Of a DNA stretch of 64,000 nt, positions 37,976 to 49,097 are shown piece after piece; within the stretch, counting starts at the first letter, position 1, and each line of letters starts with the position of its first letter. Origin of the DNA: Hemiscyllium ocellatum. Lineage: Eukaryota. The notes below the pieces were generated by a model that saw only the letters and a list, made by a program, of their open reading frames with translations, searched no databases and was not told where the DNA came from. The stretch spans positions 48,532,999 through 48,596,998 of the forward strand of contig NC_083424.1 of assembly GCF_020745735.1 (NCBI RefSeq). The letters run 5' to 3'. Made by a program: the position numbers and the translations under genes.

Positions 37976-39010
37976 CCAGACGTGATCGACGATGCCTTCC
38001 ACCGCATCTCCTTCACTTCCTGCTCCTCCGCCCTTGAACCCCGCCCCTCCAACCGCCACCAGGACAGAATCCCACTGGTCCTCACCTACCACCCCACCAA
38101 CCTCCGTATACAGCGTATCATCCGCCATCATTTCCGCCACCTCCAAACGGACCCCACCACCAGGGATATATTTCCCTCCCCTCCCCTATCAGCGTTCCAA
38201 AAAGACCACTCCCTCTGTGACTCCCTCCAGGTCCACACCCCCCACCAACCCAACCTCCACTCCCGGCACCTTTCCCTGCAACCGCAAGAAATGCAAAACT
38301 TGTGCCCACATCTCCTCCCTTACTTCTCTCCAAGGCACCAAGGGATCCTTCCATATCTGCCACAAATTCACCTGCACCTCCACACACATCATCTATTGCA
38401 TCCGCTGCACCCAATGTGGCCTCCTCTATATTGGGGAGACAGGCCGCCTACTTGCGGAATGCTTCAGAGAACACCTCTGGGACACCCGGACCAACCAACC
38501 CAACCACCCCGTGGCTCAACACTTTAACTCCTCCTCCCACTCCACCAAGGACATGCAAGGTCCTTGGACTCCTCCATCCCCAGAACATAACAACACGACG
38601 GTTGGAGGAAGAGTGCTTCATCTTCCACCTGGGAATCCTCCAACCTCAAGGGATGAACTCAGATTTCTCCAGTTTCCTCATTTCCCCTCCACCCACCTTG
38701 TCTCAGTCCCAACCCTCGAACTCAGCACCGCCCTCCTAACCTGCAATCTTCTTCCTGACCCCACCCCACTCCGGCCTATCACCCTCACCTTGATCTCTTT
38801 CCACCTATCACATCTCCATTGCCCCTCCCCCAAGTCCCTCCTCCCTACCTTTTATCTTAGCCTGCTGGACACACCTTCCTCATTCCTGATGAAGGGCTTA
38901 TGCCCCAAACGTCGAATTTCCTGTTCCTTGGATGCTGCCTGACCTGCTGCGCTTTTCTAGCAACACATTTTCAGCTCTGATCTCCAGCATCTGCAGACCT
39001 CACTTTCTCC
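37975..39010 (+). mobile_element. Penelope-like element 3' part: GIY-YIG endonuclease and hammerhead-bearing tail
   Basis: ORF 37992-38942 contains CNRKKCKTC..FTCTSTHIIYCIRCTQCGLLYIGETGRLLAECFREH..PVAQHFN. The tail reads ATTC CTGATGA A GGGC TTAT GCCC CAA ACGT C GAAT (38882-38917, G12 changed to C). Confidence 0.93.
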
Positions 39011-39590
39011 ACACACACACACACACACACACAGACAAAGACCCACAGGCACGCATATATTTTGTGGGGTGAATTTGTACTTGCAGGATTGCATTGTATT
39101 ATGCTCAAAAACTGCATGCATTCATGTAGAACTCTGAGCTCAAAAACTGCATGAATTTATGTAAAACTCCGTTATCTCACTTTTTAGATTAGAATCAATC
39201 TAAACATCATGGCATAGACAGAGAACACAGGGGGTCAACACCTTCAACATATTGTCTAGCGATCACCATTGTTAACAGCTAACCCGAGAATGCAACTTTT
39301 TAAAAAAAAGTTTTGTGATTTACACATGAAAGAAGTGAAGCTACCACTGTATTCTAACAGATGAAAGGCTTAACAGACAGTCAATTTTTCAATGTATAAT
39401 TTCAATTACATCACACTGTAAATTTTTGCTATGAATTCTGTGTTAGGATTGAGCCCTCCACTATCACCTGAGGAAGGAGCGTCGCTTCGAAAGCTAGTGT
39501 GCTTCCAATTAAACCTATTAGACTATAACCTGGTGTTATGTTATTTTTAACTTTGTACACCCCAGTCCAACAATGGCATCTCCAAACCGT
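39010..39590 (+). mobile_element. 3' part of a second Penelope-type family, beginning with (CA)n
   Basis: The (CA)n run is at 39009-39032. It ends in a hammerhead plus the ctataacctggtgtt..tttttaactttgtacaccccagtccaac tail, also seen at 13220-13335 (minus) and 54011-54115. Confidence 0.7.
39465..39499 (+). ncRNA. Minimal hammerhead ribozyme motif, catalytic core intact
   Basis: CAC CTGAGGA A GGAGC GTC GCTTC GAA AGCT A GTG. Helix I is CAC/GTG, helix II is 5 bp with one G-U pair, helix III is the palindrome AGCT, and the cleavage triplet is CUA (after 39496). Confidence 0.75.
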
Positions 39591-39719
39591 TCAACTAAGT
39601 TCTTCAGAGGCTTGCAGAGTGATGTAAAAATTTAGAGTATTTGAAAAATATGAAACATTGGCTCTGTCCTATATACTACTTAATCATTGGATATTCTAAG
39701 ACTGATTTCTATTTTTCAG

Positions 39720-40052
39720 ATCCGCGGGGCTCCTTTCTTCAGCACTTATCGTATCAAATCACAGAGAAGAACACGGCGACCCTGGTGTGTTTGGTGAGCG
39801 GTTTTAACCTGGGCGCAGTGGAGATTGAGTGGACGGTAGATGGCAGTGTCGGGAATGGGCCGGGGTGTGGGGGAAGTGACGGTGTGGAACCCAGTCGGAT
39901 CCAGCAGGAGACAGCCAATACGCTCAGTGTGAGCAGCTATCTGACCCTGACAGCCCTAAGTGGAACTCACACGAGCTTTACTCTGTGCGGTTAAAAACGA
40001 GGCTTTAGCAAACACTCTTCGAATAGATATCATGAAGTCTAGCTGTGTTTGA
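39720..40052 (+). pseudogene. Ig light-chain (lambda-type) constant-region pseudo-exon 2 (orphan)
   Basis: Acceptor ttttcag at 39713-39719, then (D)PRG-SFLQHLSYQITEKNTATLVCLVSGFNLGAVEIEWTVDGSV..SRIQQETANTLSVSSYLTL. Lesions: 9-nt deletion, a net in-frame 21-nt G-rich insertion, two 1-nt deletions near SEWNSHELYSC, and a premature TAA at 39994. The original end ..IMKSSCV-TGA is still visible. Confidence 0.93.
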
Positions 40053-43000
40053 TTCAAATATCTCATGTATTGATTTTTTTTATGCGAGCTTCAATTTTTA
40101 TTTAAAATTAAACATGTTGTAAAGTATACCATATCAAACGCGACAGTTTGCAGTTTGTTAGTTGAGTCTCGCTCTCTGCACTTTACAGTGTTCATGCTGA
40201 CTTGGTCAACACATCGACGTGCAAATACTGGCAGAAATCTCGGAAACAAAAGCAAGTCCACACAAGCTGTTTATGGGCTTTGCAGCAGACCGATGGCCAC
40301 CTCTGATCTCAACCCCTTCGTTAAAAAAAATAAAATACATCTTTTAAAGCCGTTTTATCCTTGCTACACCACAACCTTGCAAAATTCCAATTCTTTTCTT
40401 AAACCATATTTTTGGCATTATACCTTTCTGTTGTTACTCTTTTATATTTGCATATTTTTCCTGTTGCCTTCCTTCCTTATTTCCTACTTTCTTATTCTGG
40501 TTTATAACTGCATTAAGAATGCAAGCAAAACTGGTAGCGATGCTGTAGTACTTGATTTACAGCATACGTTTTTTTTCATCTCGAGTGGGCGTTTCTGTTA
40601 TCCGTCCACTGATCCTGACAATTGAGGACGAATTGGTCCTGCAGAATTTAAAGATTTGTCCCAATCTCAATGTTAACTTATTCAAAGCCGACAAAGGATT
40701 CACACATTAAAGGGCATTTCGAGTTAATACTTCAAGGTTATGGTTACAAATCTATGTTGCAACAAGTGTTATCTCTGTAGCAACTGAACCAACTCACATA
40801 GTTGTCATGGCTACCCTAGTATTTGTTTACATATTTTCCAAATTCTACATTGGATTAGTTCCAGCTTCAATTTGTCTTCCCAATTCCTCACAATGGGGGT
40901 TGGCCCATGGGAGATTAGTCCAGGAATAGCTGGTCAGGTATCTACTACATAAAACCAGCTGGCTGTTTGAAAGCTGCTAGCTGACACTGTCACAGTAACC
41001 AAGCATAAACAAACATGCGCCTCCCCTCCCTCCATGTGTTGCAATGGCGCCTTGCTATTGCCTCTAGACACTTGATCCGAAAATCCAGGGAATGCTCTGT
41101 GAACCTGGTTTTGATAGCATGACAGATGGTGGGTTTTAAAAAAAAATTTGGAGTTAAATACCGCATGATGACTGTTTGGATTTCTTAGGTAAGAATACTA
41201 CCGTCCTTATCTGCTTGATCTGCGTCCAGTTTGAGACAATGTAGATTTTCCTTTCATAGTTAATCAATAATGTTTGCTTTGAAGTAGGTGCTTTTAATGT
41301 CAACTCATTGATAACAACATTATATATTTTTTATTTCACATGATCTCAGATGTGAGCTGTACATTTGAAATTCACCTTGACAAAAGTAAAATCTCGATGT
41401 ATTGTTAGTCCATGTTGTTTTCAGACTGATTTCCAAAAGAGTAATTGCTGCATTAATTTCTGCACTTCACAAAATCCGTAAAAGCGTTCAAAAAATTGTA
41501 AAATGTAAAATGAAGGCAGACCTGTTCATGTCTAAAGGAGAATAATTCAAATACAAAAAGGTAATGCTAAACATATTTGAACGCTGAGTTGGCCCATTCT
41601 TGGAGTAATGTGCATTCAATTAACATTGGTCTTGAAATACGAAGCACAGCCGTATGCAGCCTCTGCCAGGCACTGCTTTCCTGGAGTTTGTGTCGGGTTG
41701 TCAGCTTTTCAACGCCATACACCGAAAAATAAGGGTTTGTCTCACAACCTTGAGCATGGCATTTTCTGCGAACATGCCACTGTATCCAGCTAATGATGTG
41801 AACAGTGAGAATAAATGCAAATAAAGTGAAACAGCCTCACGCCTCACATAAAAAGCTTGCAGCTTTGCAGCATTTAATTCATATGCACCACTTTGCCGAC
41901 TGTTCTGCGTATGTAAAAACTTTATCAAAGAAGCATTAAGTGATCTATGTGTACAGGCAGATAGCCACAATCATTCACTGACAGAGGCTGTGTAGATAAT
42001 CACCACCCTGAGGGTTCACATCATAGGATGACCCTCAGCATTCGGAATGTATCTATAATATCAAGTGGTCATATTGCCGACTTTTTAAAATGCATTTTGT
42101 TGTATTTAAGGAAACAGGCCAATAATTAATTTAACAATCAGAGCAAACTTAAAGCAAGGCAGGGTCTCTAATTTTCCAGGGCTGTTGATTAGGCTGTGGA
42201 TCCAGGGCCCCAAATGTTGCAATTGATCGCTTGCATGTTGCTTTGCAAATTCTGGCAAAAGAACAAACGCTCAACGATATCAGCAGATGGACCTTCCAAA
42301 CTCAAAATGTTCGCATTAGAGATATTCCGCCCTTTTCTTCCGCAAGGCGAACGCTGTGTGGCGACTTGATAAAAGTTTTCAAAATCATGAGGTGTGCGGG
42401 CAGAACTAATACCGAGAAAGACTCTCACTTGCAAAAATATCGACAAACCATAGGGCACCATCCTAAACCAGTCAAAGAAAATGATCTAACTATTCTCATC
42501 CCATTTCCCAGTATGCGGCCTGTAACCTTAAATGCCTTGGTATCTAAATACTTCTTAAATCTTGAGACGTTTTCGGTTTCTAGCACTCTCACAGGCAGTG
42601 AGTTCCAGATTCCCATCGCGCTCAGAATGAAAAAGAAATTCTCAGATTTCTCTAAATCTCCTGCCTCTTACCATGCTTGAAGTGTACTGTCTGGGTGTCT
42701 GCGGGAATAAGTTCGATTAAGACATTCAAAGGACATTATTTGATTATTTAAATAGAAGGACTGAGCAGGGAAAACGTGGTAAGGAAATGGCAAGCATGAA
42801 GTCAAAATGCCCAGACAGCCAAAGGCGGACACCATGGGTCGAATGGCTTTCTCCCGCGCCATTCCTATGCTGCCAGTCTACAGTATATGAAATATTATTC
42901 AGATAATTTTCATGTCAATACACAATATGGTGAAAATTGTTGCAATTCCTTCTTGATTTTTACAATCGGTCACACACAACTCATTTACTCGTTACATTTG

Positions 43001-44600
43001 ACATTAGACATTTGACAAAAGTCGCATGCATTCCTATTTTATTGTACCAAAACCAGACAGAGTTATAACACCATTGATTTAACAATCCATTGGTCCAAGA
43101 TAATTTTCTGCCAACAGGGCTCAAATCGTGGTGCTCTGCAGAAACTCCAAGGGTTCCAGCAATAGCATGTCCCAAGTCCATAGTGCTCTCATTAGAACAA
43201 AGAAAGAAGGAAAATCATCTGCAAGCTTTCCTCCAAGTGAATTCAGGGCTACACATGCAAGCTGTAGGGAAATGTGATAGTGATTGTGCAATGTTCTAAG
43301 TTAGACTTTCCTCGAAAATTATGCAAAAATAGCTGACCAATAAGTTGACTAAGAGCCACTCTAAGATGGGAGTGTTTTGGTGCCCGATGGTGTCTTGATT
43401 CCACTGGTAAGGGCAGTGAGTGCCTTTTGGTAATCATGGGCAATTCTGTGTAAATCAAAATCAACAAGCAGTGAGTGTTGCTTTCTTTTCAGTTGACAGT
43501 CTTATTCTACTGACATAAATGAATATTTTTGATGATGATCCTTACACAAAAATTAATATTTCTCTGCTTCCTTAATTCAGTGCTCCTGAAGTGGAATCAG
43601 AAGTAACAATTTGAAATACTATATGTTTCGTTTGATCTTGTGTACTATCTTTTTTCTGCTGGCTGCTTAATGTGTTGGGACCGTCAATTAGTTGTATCAT
43701 GCATTGCCTTTTTACCTGGCTTCCTCCAGTATGATGCTGAAGTATAAAGTTTTAACTGTCTTTACAAAGCTCTGCTCTCTAATTTCTATCTGGCACAGCA
43801 TCCTACACTGTTTTCATTGGATTCACGTTGTTGATCACTTCTCTGCGCACACAGTGATCCAGGAAGCTTTCGTGCTCCGATCACCAGAAATTTCCTGGAG
43901 CTACTTTCAACTCCACATTTCTAAGATGTTCAGAAGAAGCTGGACCACAACGGATTAATATAGTCCTGTCAGTTAAACACCATCATCGTGCAATTTATGC
44001 AAGAGTACTTAGGGCCCAGAGAAATTCACGATTCACATTCCATAGTCTTGATAAGACGACAATTCTGTTACTACAACCCCTATGCTCTTTCCCAATTTAA
44101 CAATCATACACTTAATTGGCAGTGTCTGTACATTAACGCAAAAAAAGCAGTACTTTCTAGATTACATAATATTATGTCCGTTGTGCAGGGGCAACAATGA
44201 CAGAGTTATAACACCATTGACTTAACAATCCACAGGCCCAAGATAATTTTCTGCCAACAGAAAAAGGTATCTTGTTGTGGAATTCCAATTCAATTGGTAA
44301 AGTCTGGACTTGAAAATATCATTGATAGTTGGTAATACATATCTATTACAGTAATATCCTCCAGGGAAGGAAAACCTATCTGGGTTGACCTACTTGTGAA
44401 ACCAGATCTATGGAAATGTAGTTAGCTCTCAGCAACCAAATGAAATAGCTGAGCAAACGATTAGGGATGGACAACAAATGTTGGCTTTGCTAGTGATGTT
44501 CTCTTCCCAATTAATAAAATAGGTGACTAAGATGTACAAAATTGTCATCAGGTTCACTACAGCCTTGAATGCCCGATCTTTCTGAAGTTCATAGTTAAGG

Positions 44601-44794
44601 CTTCCTCCCACAGTCTAAAAATGTGCAGGTGAGGTGAATTGGCCATGCTAAATTGCCCATAGTATTTGGTGAAGGGGTAAATGTAGGGGAATGGGTTTGG
44701 GTGGGTTGCGCTTCGGCGGGTCGGTGTGGACCTGTTGGGCCGAAGGGCCTGTTTCCACACTGTAAATAATCTAATCTAATCTAATCTAATCTAA
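44601..44794 (+). mobile_element. 5'-truncated HE1-type SINE with (TAATC)n tail
   Basis: cttcctcccacagtc..gggcctgtttccacactgtaaataatctaatctaatctaatc. Confidence 0.9.
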
Positions 44795-45599
44795 ACATCT
44801 GATTTGCATCTCAAACGTAGCAGCATGTCACCTCCTTATCTGTCAGCAGGAAGGCGGTGATGATCTCGAGCTGTAATAAGCTATTCCGCCATTAGGTGGT
44901 GATATTGTATCACATAAGTTTGTCAAGTAGAAAATCACGCAACACCAGGTTATAGTCTAACAAGTTTAATTGGCAGCACACTTTGTCAAGTAGGACTGTG
45001 TGAACGATCTTTGAAAGTCCTGCTGCAAAATACATGACGTTTACAATATAAAAACTACTTAAATAGCACAATTGTATTAAGATTATCTATAATTCTTTGC
45101 TTAAGTCCTTTGATGTTTCATGAATTATCCATAACTCCATTGCTTAAATTTGGTCCGTGAAATCTCAACGGTATTCAAAACCTGTGTTAGACCACATCAC
45201 ACTGAATCAATAAGATGAGACATTAGAACTATCTTGCGTATTTAACAATTCATAATTTTATATCGTAGGTTACAGACTTTCGATGTTAAGCGCCCAATGT
45301 GATCTTTTCATCTCTACACATGCTCTCTTATTATTACTGCTTCATTAATGTGTGCAGCCAGCTTGGATTTTGATATTAAACATTGCCCCATATTGCTGTC
45401 TCTATCCACAGACATCATCCTACTTTTTAACGAGAACACGTTGGACAACTGCACAGAGCAGAAACAGAGATCCATCTTCACATCGAGGATCCCTCCTCCG
45501 TATTCTGTGTACTACGACCTTGCTAAGTGGGATAGATAACTGAGCTGTTATGAGTCATTATGAGTCAGTAGCAAAATTGTACCCAACCACCATCTTTAA

Positions 45600-47400
45600 C
45601 TGCTAGTCCAGCATATCCCGAACTCAACCATTGCCAAAAATCCTGTTTGAATGCAGAATGTGGAAAGCCATGCCCAGAACAACACCACACAAGTATAAAA
45701 TTTAATTAGCAGCCCAGCGAAGTTTCAACACAGAAGTCCCTGCATACCAACCAGCAGAAACAGCATGCGATGGACCAAGAATGGATCAGATCCAAGTTCT
45801 GCAGTCAATTGTGAATGGTAGTGGACTGTTGTGCAATTCAGTGGGTGGGAAGTCTGCAAATATTCTCAATCTTATTGATGAAGAAGCCAGGCACATCTGT
45901 GTAAAAGACAAGGTTGAAGTATTTGCACCAGTCTTCAGTCAGAAGTGCCATGTTGATAATCTACCATGGACTCCTTCAAAGGTTCCCAGCGTCACAGATC
46001 GCAGTCTTCAACCTCTTCAATTCACCCCACGTGATATTAAGAAATGATTGATGGTACTAGATACTGAAAAAAGCTATTGGTCCTGACAACATTCCGGCGA
46101 TAATACAGGAGACTTGTGCTCCTGGGCTAGCTTGCACTGACTCAAGCAACGTGGAAAATCGCCTAATCCACAGGCAAATAAGCATGACGAATCCAACACA
46201 GCCAAGCACCGCCGAAACAATCTATTCTCAGTCATCAGAAAAGTGATAGAAAGAATCATCGACAGTATTAGCAAAGAATACCTGATTTGCATTAAGCTTC
46301 ATATTGACTCTTGGTTTCTGTAGGATTCCTACAGCGCAATAGTGTCTCTACTTTTAAGACAGGAGGCTTGGGTTTAAGTTCCATTTACTCCAGAGATATA
46401 TAATAGCATCTATGGAGAGATAAATTAGAAAACATTAAAAATGATTGGTTTCAGTTCGTCAGGGCCACTTAGACACTGACCTTATTGTCGAGTCAAAAAC
46501 ATGTCCAGGAGAGCTAGTCATGAGGGGAAGTCAGAATAAGTATCTCTGACATTGCGGCAACATTTTGTCCAGTCCTCCAATAAATATGGCGTTAGGCAGA
46601 AAACTCTTAGCAATCAATAATCTGAATTTCAGACATCTCTGCAGGAGTTCCTCAGAGTAGTGCTGTAGGCCCAACCATCTTCTATTACTTCAGTAATGAC
46701 TTAACTTCCATTATGAAGCTGGAAGTGTGCATGTTCAATGACAATTTTACAATGTTCAACACGCGATTCACGACTTGTCAAATACTGAAGTAATAGGTGT
46801 CCATATGTAGCAAGATCCAAACGATAAGCAGCCAGGTGATAAGTGGCAAATGGCATCCACAGAGCAGAAGTGCCAGGAAGTGACATTTCCCACTTAATCA
46901 GCAATCTGGCGAATGTCGGTTGACTAGAAACTGAACTGGGCACACTGTGGCTATAAAAATAACACAGAAACTCGGATTTTTGCACTAAATAACTAATCTC
47001 CTAATTCCCAAAATCTGCCAATCATGGACAAAGTACGAGGCAGGTATTGATGGAATGCTGCCCATTAGTGTGGATAAATGAAGGCTAAATAACATTCCAG
47101 AAGCTCTACACCATCCAGGAAAAGCAACTTGCTTGTCTGACGTTTCATTCAGTATTTCCAACATGCACTCACCTCACCACAGATGATCAGGGACAGCATT
47201 GTGCATCAACTGCAAGATGCACTGCAGTAACTCAGTCCACTGCAGTCAGCGCCTCGCAGAACAGATATCTTGATCACATAGAAGGTTAAGGCCAGCATAT
47301 GTATGAGTGTATCACCATTTGAAAGATTTCCTCTATGTCAAATCCAATCCTAACTTGGAATTACTTGCTGCTCTATAAAAATCCTGAACTCCCTTTCCAA
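45600..47400 (+). mobile_element. Decayed CR1/L2-group LINE RT region
   Basis: HICVKDKVEVFAPVFSQKC..SLQPLQFTPRDIKK, then GPDNIPA..TCAPGLA-like segments. The same family occurs at 55610-56410 and 61790-62560 (minus). Confidence 0.75.
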
Positions 47401-48397
47401 TAACACCATGATTATAAAAGTACACATGAAGAACTGCAGAAATGCAAACATTTTATCCCTGTTCAGTAAAACAAATGCACCTGACATCTACAGATCAGGA
47501 AAACGTTTGGAGAGACCAATTTAACATAAAATTGTAAGACACGTTGTGAAATCCGGATTCATAGGTGAAATCCAACAAGGATTCTTTAAAGGAAAATTAT
47601 ATTTAACAAACTTGATTCAGTGAAACGCTGAAGAATGCCTCTGAACAGTAAGTATTTGATGTTTTGAAACTGGAGTTATGAACATACCGATTCATAGAGC
47701 ACTACATATAAGCGTTAGCTAGGTTAACTCAATTGGATTACAGGGACACTATTGAATATGTAACTACGTGACAGAAATCAGAGAACAATGGCGAGTGGTT
47801 TTTCTCAGGCTTACGTTAGTATGTGCTGCTCTAACTCCAGAAATAAGTGATGAGGCAGTTGTTCTCCTGTCCTAATGGACTGTTGACGTGGATATGCAGG
47901 CATTTTAAAAGAAAATAGTTACAGACAACAATAACTCAGAATGTTAGCAAATCTTGAGGAAAACGATCACACTGGATACAGACAAATGATCGGGCACATG
48001 GCAAATGAAATTTAACAAGGTGAGGAGAGAAGGACTTTTGATAGAAATTATGAAAAAATGAATGTAAATGTAACTGAATGACTTCCAACTATCCAGCTTT
48101 TAGTACGATCAGTCTTGAACCAACTTCGCTTTCCTGCATATGTATAAATAAAACCTACTGAAGTAACTTGTTCTTCGCCTGGACCTCATTGCTAATTTCT
48201 CAGTTGACACCCTCCGTTTTTGCTTTCCTTTATGCTCTTCGGGGGCTTCTGAAATACAAGCATAGCACCATCCAAGCCTCATTTCCAGTTGTGCTGCATC
48301 TTTTGTTTCGCTGAATTCAATCATTCTTGTGCAATAGTCTAGGACTTTGATGTATTGTTTCTCTTTTTTTTAAAAGAAAGCAGATTGCAATGCGCTT

Positions 48398-48470
48398 ATG
48401 CAAATCCAATTTGAGCCTGGGCTCCCTGTTGGCCGATATCACGTGGTTATTGATTTGCATGAATCATTAA
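48398..48470 (+). promoter_or_regulatory. Cluster B V promoter: inverted octamer, E-box, decamer/octamer
   Basis: ATGCAAAT at 48398-48405, CACGTG at 48440-48445, and TGATTTGCAT at 48451-48460 ending 104 nt before the ATG. The octamer is the hallmark Ig V-promoter element. Confidence 0.88.
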
Positions 48471-48563
48471 AATTCAGTAATTTTCCTGGTTTGCAGATAC
48501 TTAATTGAGGGACTGGAAAGATCCCAGCAACACGTTCTTGCCCCAAGCACTAGAACCTTCACC

Positions 48564-48612
48564 ATGTCTGAATGGGTTGGATTTCTCGCCGCACTGATGC
48601 TCTGTCTCCATA
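48564..48612 (+). CDS. IGL: Leader exon of cluster B (MSEWVGFLAALMLCLH)
   Basis: accATG context, hydrophobic signal peptide, phase-1 donor GTAAGT at 48613, 143-nt intron. Confidence 0.94.
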
Positions 48613-48755
48613 GTAAGTAAACATGTTAATCGGCTCTATGGCTGCTTTTTACGTTGCTTCTTGTTTGTGTTGTTACACTTGAGTTTAACGGCCGTGAACG
48701 AAAAAAAATATTCGTTTTTCCAACGTGATTGACCTATGACTTATTGCTTCACCAG

Positions 48756-49097
48756 GTACGTACGGGGATCCTGCGCTGACTCAACCAGGATCCATCTCAA
48801 CATCCCCGGGGGAAACCGTGAAGATCACTTGTACCATGTCCGGAGGCAGCATCGGTAGCTACTACGCGAGCTGGTACTGGCAGAAACCCGGCAGTGCGCC
48901 GGTGTTGGTTTGGGACGAGACCAGCGAAACTGCCTCTGGAATCCCAGACCGATTTACCGGGTCTGTGGACTCATCGAGTAACAAGATGCATTTAACCATC
49001 ACCAACGTGCAGTCGGACGACGCCGCCGACTATTACTGCGCTGTAGGAGATAGCGAAATATTGACATTTGGAAAAGGAACCAAATTGAACCTGAGCG
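48756..49097 (+). CDS. IGL: Germline-joined V-J exon of Ig lambda (type II/NS3-like) light chain, cluster B
   Basis: Acceptor ttcaccag ending at 48755. Translation (S)TYG-DPALTQPGSISTSPGETVKITCTMSGGSIGSYYASWYWQKPGSAP..GIPDRFTGSVDSSSNKMHLTITNVQSDDAADYYC-AVGDSEILT-FGKGTKLNLS, then donor GTAAGT at 49098. No RSS. Confidence 0.97.

Noticed and set aside
37982-38739. His/Pro-rich and Thr/Pro-rich ORFs (181 aa, 145 aa, N-terminal half of the 316-aa ORF)
   Set aside because: These are alternative frames of the C-rich, frameshifted Penelope element, not host genes.
24000-39700. Search for a V or J relic belonging to pseudo-C 2
   Set aside because: No YYC, WYxQ or FGxGT-like remnant was recognised on the plus strand by eye; a very decayed relic cannot be excluded without alignment.
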